From: Chrysomallon squamiferum
Taxonomy: Eukaryota; Animalia; Mollusca
Direction of reading: 5' to 3'
Assembly (NCBI GenBank): GCA_012295275.1
Contig: CM022665.1
Location: forward strand, 25,606,001-25,670,000
Length of the DNA: 64,000 nucleotides
The stretch's first letter is position 1, and each line of letters opens with the position of its first letter. Below, in pieces: positions 1-36,342 of this stretch. Both the position numbers and the translations under genes were made by a program. Below the pieces are notes generated by a model, which was not told the DNA's origin, ran no database searches, and saw nothing but the letters and a program-made list of their open reading frames with translations.

Positions 1-790
1 AAACTCTGTGTCAGTTTACCAAACATTTATGCTGGAAATAATTCACAAAATCATTTTTTTTTTTTTTTTCCCTGTGTTCCAATACTGCAGGAAATAAAAC
101 ATTTTCCACGAATCCGTGTCAACTTTCTCTTCTCTTTTAGTTATAACAGTGGAAAATCTTCTTCTTACAAAAAATCTCAATTTGTGATTTACCAAAATTA
201 TGTTCCTTCATGAAGTCAACTTACAGTAGTGATGTTTTGAAATATGTTAGCTCCATAATTTCAGAACTGAAATGCACATGTTAAATATTAGTGTGTGCAG
301 GATTATTAGATGATTTTTTACTAATTTTATTTGCGATTCTTTAATTAATAAATTGAAAAAAACAAAATTTTAAATGTTACATCACAATCAGCATGTTTAT
401 CAAAATCATTATCCCAGGACCTGATATTTCCCCTCTTTTTGTACATTGTCCTAAGATTTCCAATTTCTTCCATTTTCTGAACTATCACTAATCCTAATAC
501 AAATACTTTAATTCAATTTCAATTTTCCAAAGCAGTGATCATCAGTTTAGATGTCTATTCTGTATCCAAAGATTATAAACTGAAAGTGGCAACAAATTAA
601 TATTATCATTATGCAAATATAAATACATGTATCTGTAAAGGGACGCCACTCTGATAAAGGTTAAATGTCTAAACTCTAAATTCAGTTGTACAAATAATAA
701 TAATAATCATCATCTATGTGCTGTATGTAATATTTCTACTGCATCCATAACACTAGGCATCTCATTGTGAGATAATACACCACTTCCAAT

Positions 791-933
791 GCTGGATTAA
801 GATATAGGGTTTTAGGGCTGCAGGCCAAGGGATCCAGAGATAAAGTGAACATTTATTTCATTAACTTTTTTGCTTATGAAAATATTACTAGGGCCTCGCA
901 CTAGCTGTAACCCAGAGGCCTACTTAATCCAGC
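791..933. mobile_element. Short MITE-like element
   Basis: Perfect 11-bp inverted termini GCTGGATTAAG (791-801) / CTTAATCCAGC (923-933) with GC-richer subterminal sequence. No clear TSD. Confidence 0.5.
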
Positions 934-3900
934 TCTTATCACAGAATCATGTCAAAGTGCTTTATGAATATTAAAATAATAACAATAATAATAATAATAA
1001 TAATAAAAATTTAAAAAACAACATCAGAGTTGATCAGAATATTTTTAATTTTACAAAATATTTTCTGACACGGTTTACAATGACAAAGAAAAGGATAAGA
1101 GCTATGCACAAAACTTGGCCACAAACAGCCTACAAGCCAAGTAGTAGTAATAACAACATAATATACAATAAGAAAGCTTGTTTAATATTAGCATATGTAC
1201 ATTTGTCGAACTTGGGACACAACATGGAAAACAAGGGAAACTGCCAGTATTTCGTAGGATGTTACTCTTTTTCTGTTTTTAAATTTTCAATCTTGCACAA
1301 CTTCAAATTATCACGAATTTCAGTCTAAAATCATGCACACTGGTAGTTTTAAATCATATTTACAGTTAGTACATTTTTTGTTGTTGTTGTATTGTTATTT
1401 TCTAAAATAATAAATTTTTCAACAAAAAAACAAAAAACTAACAGTTTTAAGTATTTGACTAACATATCCAGTATTTAATGTGATGAAACTTTAGACCAAA
1501 GTTTCATGTGACTTGTCGAGAACAGTTCTGCAAGTTTAAAGTAAATCTGCCACACTGGATATAGGTTACTTAAAACAACACAATGTTATTAACAATATCA
1601 TACATATAAACATCAATTCTTAAGTGTCAGTTCACTTGTCATGGTGCAAATTCTGGGCCATTAATTTGGTCAGAAACTACTTCATGCATTGATCTTCTCG
1701 TCCTGTGACTTGCTTCGACTTTGGTTACATTTTCTTTCCTTCATGTCACTTCAGAGCACATTGCTAGGTGCAGTCAATGTGTTAGAGAATTAAACGTTGA
1801 ACTCCACAGATGACAGGTTATTATATAATAAAACAAGATTCCTTAACATCCATACAGATTCCACAGGATGTCCTTTTTAACCAGGGCCAGTTCAGAACAC
1901 ATGCATGCACACTCATATACATATGTAAAACAGAAAAATATATTGCATTCAATACTTAGTATTACTGAATGCATTCAAGAGTGTAATCATTCTGTAGTTA
2001 TTTTTAACAACAGAACTTGTAAATTAGTTTCAACATAAATGTCAATATCTCAAATACGTAAAAAGAAAAACTATAAAAACATATTTTACTTCTAAAATTA
2101 AGCCTTAGTGACCACGTAAATTGTCTATTGCAGTAAACTGGGAAACAATAAACATTTAACAAATTCCTAGTAATTAGAACAATATCAATGCTAACATAAT
2201 TTATACTACTGTTTTTATTTGTACTCTGTAACAAACTTCCATTTCAGAAAATTAAAAAAAATTAAAATAAAATAAGAAATTAAATAATAAAACATTTCAC
2301 CAAAATCATGGCTAACTATATTTTCATTCAAGAAATAAAATAGATGTATTATAAACAAGTTTTTTTTCAAAAAAGAAAAGTAAGAAATTTTACAGCAAAG
2401 GATATATTCAACAATTACTGTTAAGCTTGTTTCTGATTTATTTCCTTTACCAAAGTTTTATAATTACTAAGTTTTTCCTACGAATGGCATATCACATAAT
2501 TAATAATGTCAGTAGTTAGTAACTAAATCATATGACATAAAATAGTCCTATAAATATATCAAATGTGTATTAATCAAAATGTTAATAATAAACATTCCAG
2601 GGTGGATCATCTATTTGTAATGAAAAGAGAAAAAAATAATGAAGATGAAAAATAAATAAGGAAATAAGAAGAAATGTTTTATAGATGAAATATTTTGAGA
2701 AAAAGATGCTGTGGTGATCTTTTTAAAAGTAAGTACTCAAAATGTCTCGTCCACCCCATGTCAAAATTAACTGCAGGAGCTTGTTAATTTTTCCTACTTT
2801 GGCACACATAAAAAAAATATTAAATTCTTAATTAGTTTTCAAACAAGCCAAAATGCCAAACAAAGCAAGATATCCCCACTTCTGCAAACAAACATTTAAT
2901 TATCAACATGCATGTATAAAAATAAATTACACTGAAATCATGTATTCTTACCCTAAAAAAGATTACTGCTGTATCTGCTAATCATAACAGCTCATACATA
3001 AGCACAAAATAAACTCAGTAATTTGTGTTTTAATATGAAACACTAGTTTAGAAATAATATATATTTCAGGGATATTTGAATCAAAATAACCAATGTCTAA
3101 AAACAGATTGCAAAAAAATGCGAAAGAAAAAGAAAGAAAACTAAGAAATAAAAAAGTACACAGACTGATAAATAAAATTCCAGAAATACAAAAATGTACA
3201 ACAAAGTTTCAAGATACTCAATCATTGAAACTAAAGTGCTAATTTTTACATGCACAACAGAATAGCACAATTGTCAACTCTGGTTTACAAAGGATAAGGG
3301 ACGGACGGACGATCACAAAGATCTCTTGCAAACACAAAAACTGTCAAACAAAACACAGTGTACTGTGGAGATATACTGATACTGACTTTTAATATTTTTT
3401 TGGAATAAGTGAAGTTAGATCCTGAATTATTGTCAACGTCAAAATTGTTTTTGATTTGTATTTTGTCCAAATATTTCTTTTCCCTTCTACTTGAAAAATA
3501 AACATTTGAGAAAAAAAAAAAAAAAAAATTGTTTAAACTTTTGAAATATCAATTGATGATTTCTTTATAGCATAATTGATTTATTATTATTATTATTATA
3601 TATATTTTTTTATATTTTTTTCAGTTTATTACCTGCATCTTTAAAATCAGCAGTGGAAATTATCTGTCCATTTCATGTCACTATATGATGGTGAAAATAT
3701 GCATTGTTCTATAATCAGAGGCTACAAGTAATCCACGAAATGAATAATCCATCCAATTAAAATCATGCATTTTTTTTTTTATTATTTTGAACCTGATGAT
3801 ACATAAGGTCCAATATATTTATGATTGGGATTAATACAAACATCACTCAACTTGAAGTTAACATGTCATAAATCATACTACGAGGCCAGAGTTACCATAT

Positions 3901-3985
3901 GCAGGTTGTATACTAACTGCATTAATATGTGCATGGAGTCACACAAACAGAAAGTTAACACACCTGGTTTTATAACACAGAGTAG

Positions 3986-4014
3986 ATATACCTATATACA
4001 TATACATATACACG

Positions 4015-4113
<99 letters not shown>
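3986..4113. repeat. (TATACA)n/(TA)n microsatellite
   Basis: Directly visible tandem array. Confidence 0.95.
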
Positions 4114-5005
4114 TATGCTGAATTTCTTTCAAAGAATTACACCACAAATGAACTTACATGTTTTACATTATTTGTAGTTGTCTGTCTGAGAAATCGAGAA
4201 GAAATCCAGACATAAAGTTTTCTATACAAATGAATATCATTCAGAGATAAAGAAAACTTTTTTTTCAGAAAATCAGATGATAGTACAAGTATATAAGTAC
4301 AAAGTATGACCAACCACTGAGTAATGACCTTGATAGTGAATTTTTTTTTATAGATAACCCTTTTTCAAATAGATTGTGAACAAATAATAATAATAAACTA
4401 TAATTTTGGGAGAAACTTTTATGAACTGTTTATTTTTAGTACCAACAATTTTACCAGCAGTATTTTAACAGAAACATACTTCTTATCTGAAGTATTTCAG
4501 TTCTTCTGAGAAACAACTGTAATTTAATTACAGATGGTCTTAATCAGTTTCTAACATTAAAACTTGTTTAACTTTTTGTAATAACAGTTATCTATGTTGA
4601 CTTTTTGGTCTTGTACTAACATTTTATCGTGAGCAAAATGGTTAATGAATGTCTCTAACATGATAAAAAAACAAAACAGAAAAACTGTTAAACAAGAGGT
4701 TGGATGCCTATAGTTACAAAACAGCTTTCCATGAACTCAGACTTTACCAAATGTTTTGTAAACTATTTACTTAAATGCTCATCTTAATCTGAAGTATCAC
4801 TGAAAGGTTACAAACACAAGTTTTATGAAACAGGTTATCATACGGGTGAGAAAAAGAAGAAACCTCCAGTGACTAGGGTTAAAACAAAACCATAATTTTC
4901 TGTTTAATAATGGTTGTGAATCATTTGCTGTGCATGCTAATTTGTTATGAAAGCAACTGGGGAGGGTTAAAATGTACTTGTCTTGTTACTAAATGAAACC
5001 TCCCC

Positions 5006-5036
<31 letters not shown>

Positions 5037-5392
5037 ATGTATTGCAGAAAACAGTCAGATCTTATAGTCACTGTAATGCACCCAAGCATCCATCAACTAG
5101 AAAGTCTGAAATAAATAATAGATGTCACAGTGCATTTTATTATTATTTATTTTTAAACCCAGGCTGGGAGTAACCTACCCATAGAATGACATGCACATCA
5201 TACACACTCTCATACACTGTTTGGCTGCAATGGGTGCACAGCAGTGACTGACGGATGAAGGACAATCTAGCAATATCAGCAATCTGCTTTGGCACACGGG
5301 GTAATGTTATCTACAGCAGAATGCCAGAACCAGAGTCACAGAATCGCACTGCTGCACACACAATAGACAAACATAAAAGCCAAGCTGGTGTG

Positions 5393-27295
<21,903 letters not shown>

Positions 27296-27656
27296 CGTGC
27301 ACCCAACAAACGGAAGGCGAATTCGCCACGGTGTTCACACAGTTGTTGTGATTCTTTTTTCATAAATATAACCTATGAAGTCTGAGCATGGCTCCAAACC
27401 AGTCATCAATAAATCCGTAAATACACTTGACAGCGCCTATGGCTTGGAAGTGTAGCTCCAAACGCCACTTTTTCCTACTCCATACACAGTTATTCCGATC
27501 TGTTAAAAGAGGAACATATACTCCAAAGTAAAGATCCTGAAAAGGCGTTATTTTTGGCGTTTTCCATTCACAAACAGATTATCACAGGGTTGCTACTAAT
27601 GGTTTCCTTGAAATCTCGTCCTGTGGCAAGTGTGTGAGATTTTAAACGATTTCGTC

Positions 27657-27706
27657 GACCTCAATGTAGACTTGAGGTCACGAGGTCACGAGCTATTGCG
27701 CACGAG
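27657..27706. promoter_or_regulatory. B56 promoter motif cluster: perfect DR2 (AGGTCAcgAGGTCA, 27675-27688) and three CACGAG N-boxes
   Basis: Seen directly about 380 nt upstream of the B56 ATG in a CpG-rich patch. Function is inferred. Confidence 0.4.
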
Positions 27707-29394
27707 CTGTGTAATTTCTATTTTTTATTTTTGTTGGCAAAAGTAAAAAAAATAAATATGAGACGAAGATTACTACATCAGTTAAATTATTTAGTTTTAT
27801 GGTTGTTTCAAAGGACGATTTTGGATTAATTAATTTATTATTATTATTATTATTTTTTTTAATATACCGAAATGTTAGCTGCTGAACGAACGAACATACA
27901 ATGCTACAGCCTACTCTAATTGAAATAAAACTTATTTGGTAGGCATAACCATCTTCGTTTTGGTATTTTAGTTCTTTTCTTAAAATGGCGTTATTTTTTA
28001 TACCTTAGCTAAACAGAATACACTTTATGAGTTAATCAGGTAATAATTCAAACACTTCTGTGACTAAAAGTTGGAAGAGATCAAAATTACATGAAATTGG
28101 TAAATTTAAATTTATGAATAATCTGAATACAATTTGATAATATGATTGGTATGAGCTCTCTTGAGAATGTTAGAAATAGTACAGATATTAACAATGTAGA
28201 ATAATGTACAGAACTAAATTTGCTCAATTTTTATTTGATCAGCTTCACCATGCTCTACCTTACTGCCTAGCCCCCTATTACTAGCTGCTAAATCATTAAT
28301 TTGCATAATCACTTTGCAAACACCAGTTACTTTCACTCCACAGAACTGCTTCTGAACATATCATTTATAAACTGCCAGCTCATTATTTTTATTTATTCAC
28401 ATTTTCATATTCTTTCACTAAACCACTTTATTCCACATTGTACTTTTGAGCATGACTTTATTTTTTCCTTACTTTTGCTTATGTGCAGCACTGTTTGCTT
28501 CTTAACACCATATGCTTCACATATATTTACTGATATCCCTGTTTCAAGCTTTTTTCTTTCTCTTTTCTCCCTTTTTTTTCAAGTTAAGCTTTTTTTTTTT
28601 TTATCAAGTCAAACTTTTGCTGTACTAACATGCACTTTCTATCTTTTAGGTGCCATTGTCAAATGCACAAAAATAAAAATAATGTTACATATTTAGAGAA
28701 TTATAACATAGAAATAGAGCTTGCACAGCATGAATGCATATGTGGCCATTGTAAACAAACAGACCAGCATACTTGATAGGACATCTTTCATGTATTTCGC
28801 TAAATTTCGGTAGATTCACGAGTATCTGTACACATCCCAGATCTTGACTGGATTTTCCAAAATATTACAACTAGGGGTCTGTTATGGAGGGTGACTGTAT
28901 GATGGAAAATAAATGTTCTTTTATGTGTTTTGATACACATATTTTGTAATGCTGTTGGTAAAATAATATACATTATTTATGCCATTATGTCATCAGATAT
29001 GATCATAAGACATCATGTATCATCATATATATGATCATCATGAATCGTACATACCAGCACATACCATCCGATGTCACATCAGCTTATAAATCAAGCCCAT
29101 TACACCTACAGAACATAAGATTCTCAAAAGTGTCCTCAGTCAGACAACGCCTGTGTATTTGAAAAGTTTCCCCAGTGGGTGTTTGTATAAAAAAGTTGGG
29201 AGCAAACAAGACCGAAAATTGGTAGTCTCAGAATGGACTTGAAAAAGCTGAGTGGATCAGCTTCTTTTGACAGGCAGTATTTTGAAGTAGTCCTACAGCT
29301 CAGTCTGCTGACCACTAGAGGTTGCTTCGTGGACTGGTGCATCAGTCAGAGAACTGAAGAATTAACAGTGTTTTTGTAGATGAAAGCTACTCAC

Positions 29395-29494
29395 CTGTAG
29401 CACTGATCAGATGGCATAGACTATAGAGCTGGCCTCCCTTTGTCCCCGTTTTTACTATAGAATCTTTTCTGGTTGCAGTAAATATAGATCTCAT
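29395..29494 (-). CDS. Candidate distal first exon of B56 (MRSIFTATRKDSIVKTGTKGGQLYSLCHLISAT+D, or non-coding 5'UTR exon)
   Basis: Consensus donor CAG|gtgagt with an open frame from ATG, 100 nt (33 codons +1), phase-compatible with exon 2. An out-of-frame ATG lies 4 nt upstream. Confidence 0.3.
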
Positions 29495-32481
29495 ACATCC
29501 CTGTTTCCTAAGACATTAATCTGCCTAGACACAAACTGTTATCTGACATCATGGACAATAGAAGTATTTAAATAATTTATTTACCAACATTGATGTAAAA
29601 ATACCGAGATAAATATGTGAAGCAATATTTTTGTAAAGTATTTTAGTGTCTCTTGAAATGTATTTAAAAATCAAATACTTCGTAGAAGTATTTAAATACA
29701 AGTAAGCTCAATTATTGTTAAGCTCAATTACAGATAAAAAGAAGAAATATTCAAAAATTGTCCGGTTCAAATTCAAATATATTTGTTCCCATGTCTGTCC
29801 TTACTTTTTGCTGGACATCTGATATAAAAGGTATTGAACAGCTATAAATATTCCTTTGCTGCATAACCGTGATCAATAATTGTTAAGTTATAGAGCTTTT
29901 AAATGTAAGAGATCTACTTAAAACATTTAAATTTGATTTAAAACAAATTGGAAATGGAAACAACAGTGCTTTGGGTGTAAATGGCAGGTAAGTAGATAGA
30001 AAATGTTTCTAGTGCTTAAAATATAGCTCTTTGGCTTTCATCAATAAATGTCAGTTTTCCTAATAACTGCAGAATTTTATTCCATTGCTATAGATGTTTT
30101 TTCATAAAAGTATTATCCATTAATTTGTCTAATACAAGTTTCAAATCATTATGTAATAAAGTATTTACAGTTATATTTACCATTTTGGATTATAAGCAGA
30201 GCAGTTCATGTTATAATGATGATGATCGTTTAAAAAAACTTACTTATTTAATTTTGCATTATTTTACCCATTTTCCTATATAAAAATCCCAAGCCAAAAA
30301 AAATAAATAAATAAATAAATAAAAAATAAAAAATTCCTTATTATAAGGATATGTATATTACCATATCTGACTGCTACAAATCTACAAATCAAATCATGTG
30401 AAAGCCATTTACAACTGGAGATTGTTATCTCCTAACCTCTAAATCTTTCCCGGATTCCACAAAAAGTTGACTGAAGTCTTAAATTTAATATGAAAAGGTG
30501 AGCAATACACATTTTAAGCAGTGACATTAAATGCAACTTCTTTGTAATCCTACCAACAATTATGCTCCATCATATGCAGATGTGCATTATTTTACATATC
30601 TAATTCAGTTTGAGTACACATAAATGAAAGGCACATATGACGGTATGTGTTATATATGTATTTGTCTATGTGTCGCAGATCTTGGGTGCATTTTAACAAA
30701 ATTGCCAGAAAACTATTTTGACTACAAACACTTAAGCCATGTTGAAATTTGAACAGCATTAGCAGAACCAATTACCATAAAACTTATCATCTAAGATATG
30801 CTTATATGTGTGTGTGTGTATGATTGCATCAATATGTCCAATTAGTGCTCTGAAGTTAAAACTCACTTGCTCATTGTGAAATCATGCATATAAAAGTACT
30901 AGCTCTGTAATAGTTCAGTATCTTGGCAACATGACCTTTTTATTTTTTTTGAATTTGTGTCACATAAATAACTTTAATTATAAGTGCAAGTTAGAAAAAA
31001 GGTAATGACAAATAATTAAAACATTTATGTAACTGGGTGGGTGTGTGAGCATGTGTGTGTGTGTGTGTGCGTACTCCCCCAAAAATGTAAATAACAGAGA
31101 TATATAACGTGTTCCAGTTCATATATTTTTTATTCTTCTAATTTAAAAACAATTACAAAAGAAGACTTGTTTTTGATGATATATAGTGTACAGTTTTATT
31201 TTTTAAATTTTTTTTGAAGTATCTTATCCTTTATCATAAAAATAGAAAGAAAAAGAGACTGAAATATATGTAAAATAAGAAAATAAAAAAATAAATAAAT
31301 ATTTATAAAAATGTGTAAATTTTACATCAATGCCAAGTGTTTAATACTTTAATGGAAATATCTTCAATGTGTATTGAACGACTACATTTAATTCAGGGAA
31401 CACTGGGAAAAAATACATGTATCAGAATACTGTAATAATTTTTCCATATTCCATAAAAAAAATTTAAAACATTAAATTGCTTTTTTAATTAATTTGATTT
31501 TAAAGGATAAACAAATGATTACAAAGTTATATATTCAAAGGAATATAAATTTGTTAGTGAAATTTATAATGCCAAACAGATTTAAATGGAAAAAAGTTTA
31601 AATCTGTAGTGATATCTGGCTAAAAAGTTTTAAATCACAAGTACTTTTTGTTGTTGTTTTCTATAATGAAATATTTCCCCTATTAATCAGGTTACAAAAA
31701 CAATACATAATATGAAACTGTTTACAAATCCTACACAAATAGTTATACAGTAATAATAAAACATTTCTAAGGTTTGACTTTTTAAAAAGTACTTTTAAAT
31801 AAATTTTCACAGTAAGAATCAACTGAACATTTCAGAACAGGTTATGTCAATGTTGCAGTTTCACAAACAGGCATCATGCTAGGCCTCTCAACCATTCATG
31901 AAACAGAAACATTAATTTCTTTTACAAATGAAATTAAAAATTATGAAAACTTTATTTATTTTTCTGAATCTCCAACATAAGGATAATTGTTTGAAGTATT
32001 ATGAAACTAAATATTTGTGAGTACATAGATAATGTGATACTGACATACAAAAACATGTCACAATTGCTGTAAAAATTGTCCTGGACAATCTATTTTATTG
32101 CATGTAAAGCTTAACACAAGAGTATAAAATACAAAAACACCTTTTCACAGTTTGCTGCTATTTTAATAAGAAAAATCATGTCAACATGACACTAGTTCTA
32201 AAATGGTAACAGAAACATATGACATGTGCTTCATGGTTGTTACAAATACAACAACATGATTTTTTTTTTTTTTTACTTTAAATAAAAAAATTAATATTCA
32301 TACATGTTATTTGCTTCTATCACACAAAATATATTCATATAAATTCAATTCCCTAAATGCTTGCATTTTAGGTGAAATGACTTTAAAAAAACCCCACAAT
32401 ATCTTGATAGTATGTAAGTAAAAATGGTTTTGAAATGAAAATAAGACTCGCTGTTAAATATATACAGTGAATTAGGTCCAG

Positions 32482-35400
32482 CTACTCTATGTCATCCTCG
32501 GCCAAACTAGCAGATGTTGGTACTGATGATGCTGCTGCTGTACCAACCAGTCTCTGTAACAAAGAGAAGATGTCATGAATAAAGTTATATTTTTCAACAA
32601 ATCTCTATTTAAGAAATTATTATCCTGATTCCAAGTTCTTTATGCATTCATTAAATGATAATATTAATCTTATTCACTAATCATTAAAATTACTTTGTTA
32701 ACATTCCTCCTGACTTCTCAAAGTTAAAAAAATAATACTAATAAAAATAATACAAAGTTTCATAATGAGTAATTTAAAAAGCATTAGAAAGTGATGTAAT
32801 TATAGAATAGCAAGAAAATATATATTTAATAGGCTTAGTCTGTATTCGGTACATTTATAAAACCTGAAATTTGTATTATAAATAATCAAATGTGCCAACA
32901 AAAATACACCAAACACAAATTTACACTAAATTTTAAGTTCTGTTGTTAATTATTTTAAATGCTTGATTTTTATGAACACAAAGTTTACTTTTTAAATATT
33001 CTTAAATATTTAGATTTAACACTGAACGAAAAATTTCAGTTTTACTTTTTAAAAATTAAAAATTAATTATAGATGACATGCACAAATATACACCCTTATC
33101 AATTTTTATTGCTTAAATTGTAACTGAAAATTCACTAACAATGGACTAAGAAAATCTGACAAATGTCCACAAATTTAGTTTCAGTGTTGACTGGCTAACA
33201 TTTAGGTTAACACTATGATTACCTGGCTAACTGAAGGTAACTTCTGTATGAGCAGCTGGAATACTTGTGGTGGCAAAGTCTGCTGCAAAACCTGAAGAAG
33301 TTGTTGTGGCTGACCACAGACAGCCACTGCATTACTCAGGTGCTCCACCCCACCATCTATATCCCCTGTAATTTAAAATAATAATTTTTTGTAAACAGAA
33401 ATATAAAAAACATCAAACATCAAATGATCATCTTTTAGTACTTTATTTTCAAAGACTCATCATATAATCTGCCAAAGATGATTATGTTATGATTTATGTA
33501 TTTAATGTTTGAAATTTGCATTTTTTTTTCTTCTTTGTTTAATTAATACATTCTTTGTTCAGAATTTTTAAGCTTTAATTCAGTGACCACTGACAACCTC
33601 TGACATATAAAAGTATTAAAAGTAAAATATACTTAAAAACTGACTTTTTAAAATTTTAGTTATTCCATTTTTAAACAATAACAAAAAATACCCCCAAACA
33701 CTGCACCACCACCAAAACAGTACAGATTTACAAAACCACAATTAAGTAATATTAATATTTTGGTTTTGAGAGAAATTATCTACAGATATTTTGTCTTATC
33801 TCTATAATATCACTTCTATTATTACCATTTAACAATAACATCTGTATGCAAGTAAATTATATTTTAATTTTCATATCAAAACCGTATGTTCATTAAAAGT
33901 ATAATAAATACTGTTGCTAAATAACCTATTAAATGTTTCAGAAAAATGCAAAGTACATCTTAAAGAAATATATATAATAAAAATAAAATTAATAAGAAAA
34001 CATTATGTAGTTTTCAAAGAAATTAATTTTTTCTCTTTCCACTGTCTGACCATTTTTGGCTGGATAGACAATAATTTCCATTTATAACAGTAACTCTCCC
34101 CCTCCCCAGCTGCTAAACATACAAATATTTTATTTTAAACTCTTTTTCTTATATATACTATATACACTTAAAATAAAAATTTCAAGTAATGAAACATGAA
34201 TAATAATCAGTTTGACAAACATTAAAGATGAGAAGAAAACTGATTTTGATCATTTTAAATATCTGAGAAATAACTTTTAGGTGGATTGTTGGTCTTATTA
34301 AAAAAATTAAAATCCAAAAATTTTACCTGTTGCTAACAATTCTTCTCCCTGTTGTACTTCTTGCAAGAAGAATTTTTGCATTGCTTCTGGATTACTTAAA
34401 TCAGGAAACTAATTTAAAAAAATAGTAATAATATATAAATAAAAATAATAAAAGCAATATGGTAATAAATATACTTATTTAAACATTGAAATGAACTAAT
34501 ATTCTTGGTCAGTTACAAATGGATTTAAGTAAAGACATTTTAAACATTATACACTCACAACAATACTGGGTATTAAACAAATCAAACAAACAGGCTCAAT
34601 AAACAACAGTTTGTTTTTAAATCAGTATTACACTGTCCGACTTTTGTTTTTATCCATCTCAAACACTGAAGGGGTACTTATTTTTAAAACAGTTTCTACC
34701 AGTTACTTATTACATATAACTAATGATGCAATAATATTTAAGAAATTACCCCTGTATACAGACTTGTTTATTTATTACCTGTGTAGAAGATTTTGTCGAT
34801 TTTTCTGTTTTGGCTTTTCTACGTTCTGTAAATAAGAAAGAACAAATAATAAAAGACACCGAAAATAACATTAATTATATTTTGAAAGAAAGCTTTGTGA
34901 TTTTATTAAAGACGCAGATGATCAAGTAATTTAAAGAATTATTTTGCAAATACATTTATAAAATTCTTCTGTGATGGCATTATTTTCTTCTTTTAGTTTT
35001 ACAGAACTTTGACAATCAAAAATTAATTACCACAGTCCATTTAATTTTTCCATATATATATATTATCAAGGTTATACAACAATCATCATAGGCCCACTTT
35101 ATGTATTTCCTCACTCAGTGATATACAATAGGCTTGAATAGCTGAGGCGTAACTGACACAGAGTTTAAAATACAATTTTGCTAGAATTTATGCTTGATGT
35201 TAATTTACTGTTTCACTCTATATTCTGACATTTGTGTTAAAGAATTATAAACAACACAATGTTCATATGTTTTATAATAATACAGTCATAATTATGATAT
35301 AAAAGCACAAAACTGCACAAAAAGATATTTGGAACGTGACACCAAATTTCCAAAGCTGATAAATCATGTTCTGATTTCAAAAATTATTTATTAAACTGAA

Positions 35401-35689
35401 GCTTTCAGTAGAAAATACACCGTAGCTGAATATTACCAATGCTCTAAAGTAGCAAAAATGCTTAAAAACTTAAGACAACTCTTAATACTATTGTCGAGTA
35501 TTGCATAGCTAAACTCGAAAAAAAGGAGATGTCGAAAAAGCGCAGGGATATGATAGCATACTCACTCTCACGCAATTTTTGTTTAAATTTTGGATCACTT
35601 CGCCTCTTGTGATCAAAATATATACAATAACCAAGAAAACAGAGACCAGCTCCTGCAGCTGCTAAACTAAATGTTGCTTTTGAAATCAT
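32482..35689 (-). CDS. TOMM20: Mitochondrial import receptor TOM20, 5 exons, 155 aa
   Basis: Exons 35566-35689 (TM + GYCIYFDHKRRSDPKFK), 34779-34825, 34327-34408 (FPDL..QKFFLQEVQQGEELL), 33223-33365 (GVEHLSNAVAVCGQPQQLLQVLQQTLPP), 32482-32553 (..LAEDDIE*). GT-AG introns, phases consistent. Confidence 0.97.
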
Positions 35690-35898
35690 CGTTAAGGTTA
35701 TTTTACAAGGTTAGTTGAAAAACACATGTCAACATGAGTTGCCCAACACGGAAAGACCTCTCTAACGTCTGGTGTATTATTAAATGAACTCTAGTAATAA
35801 TACACATCACAAACATGTGTTTGTTTCATCTCAGCCCACTGGCGAACCGTCTCGGACGGTTTTAACCACCGTTCATAACATTACTAAACGCATATATG

Positions 35899-35947
<49 letters not shown>

Positions 35948-36173
35948 TACTTTTAATTCGTTTAATTTATATTACTGATTTTTTTTTTAAATTAATTTAA
36001 TTACGATAATTACAAATTTATATTTTATTTCTCAGTAGGCCTATTGAGTATTGTAATTTTTTTAAATTTTGTGGAAATTGTTAATATTTTTAAAATACAT
36101 GTCTGTTCCTGATTCACTTATATATTGCGTTGTTTATTATTATTATTATTGTTGTTGTTGTTGTTGTTGTTGA

Positions 36174-36234
<61 letters not shown>

Positions 36235-36342
36235 TAGTCGTCATTTTCACAAGGGCAATTCGCTTACAGTTTCCAGCAGAACGCACAAAGCAGTTTGAAG
36301 TTGATTATTGCCCATGTGAAACGAACTTCAAAATCAGGCGCA
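35690..36342. promoter_or_regulatory. Probable bidirectional promoter TOMM20/ZW10 containing (TTA)n and (TTA/TTG)n tracts (35901-35947, 36135-36233)
   Basis: Divergent start codons are 653 nt apart and CpG is locally enriched. Confidence 0.7.

Noticed and set aside
1-16. 16-nt exact inverse match between 1-16 and 35151-35166
   Set aside because: The match does not extend, and such a hit is expected by chance in 64 kb of AT-rich sequence.
28301-28696. 131-aa ORF and the many 60-115 aa F/I/L/Y-rich ORFs in the track
   Set aside because: Their composition is what AT-rich non-coding DNA produces, many have TTG/GTG starts, and there is no homology or splice support.
32380-32484. Stop-codon readthrough of TOMM20 (TAG-C followed by about 30 open codons)
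   Set aside because: The protein ends at the conserved EDDIE terminus, there is no strong readthrough motif, and an extension this short is expected by chance.
35085-35240. Possible H/ACA snoRNA in TOMM20 intron 1 (vertebrate TOMM20 hosts one)
   Set aside because: Only one weak hairpin plus ACA, with no convincing 5' hairpin or H box. An Infernal/Rfam scan would be needed.
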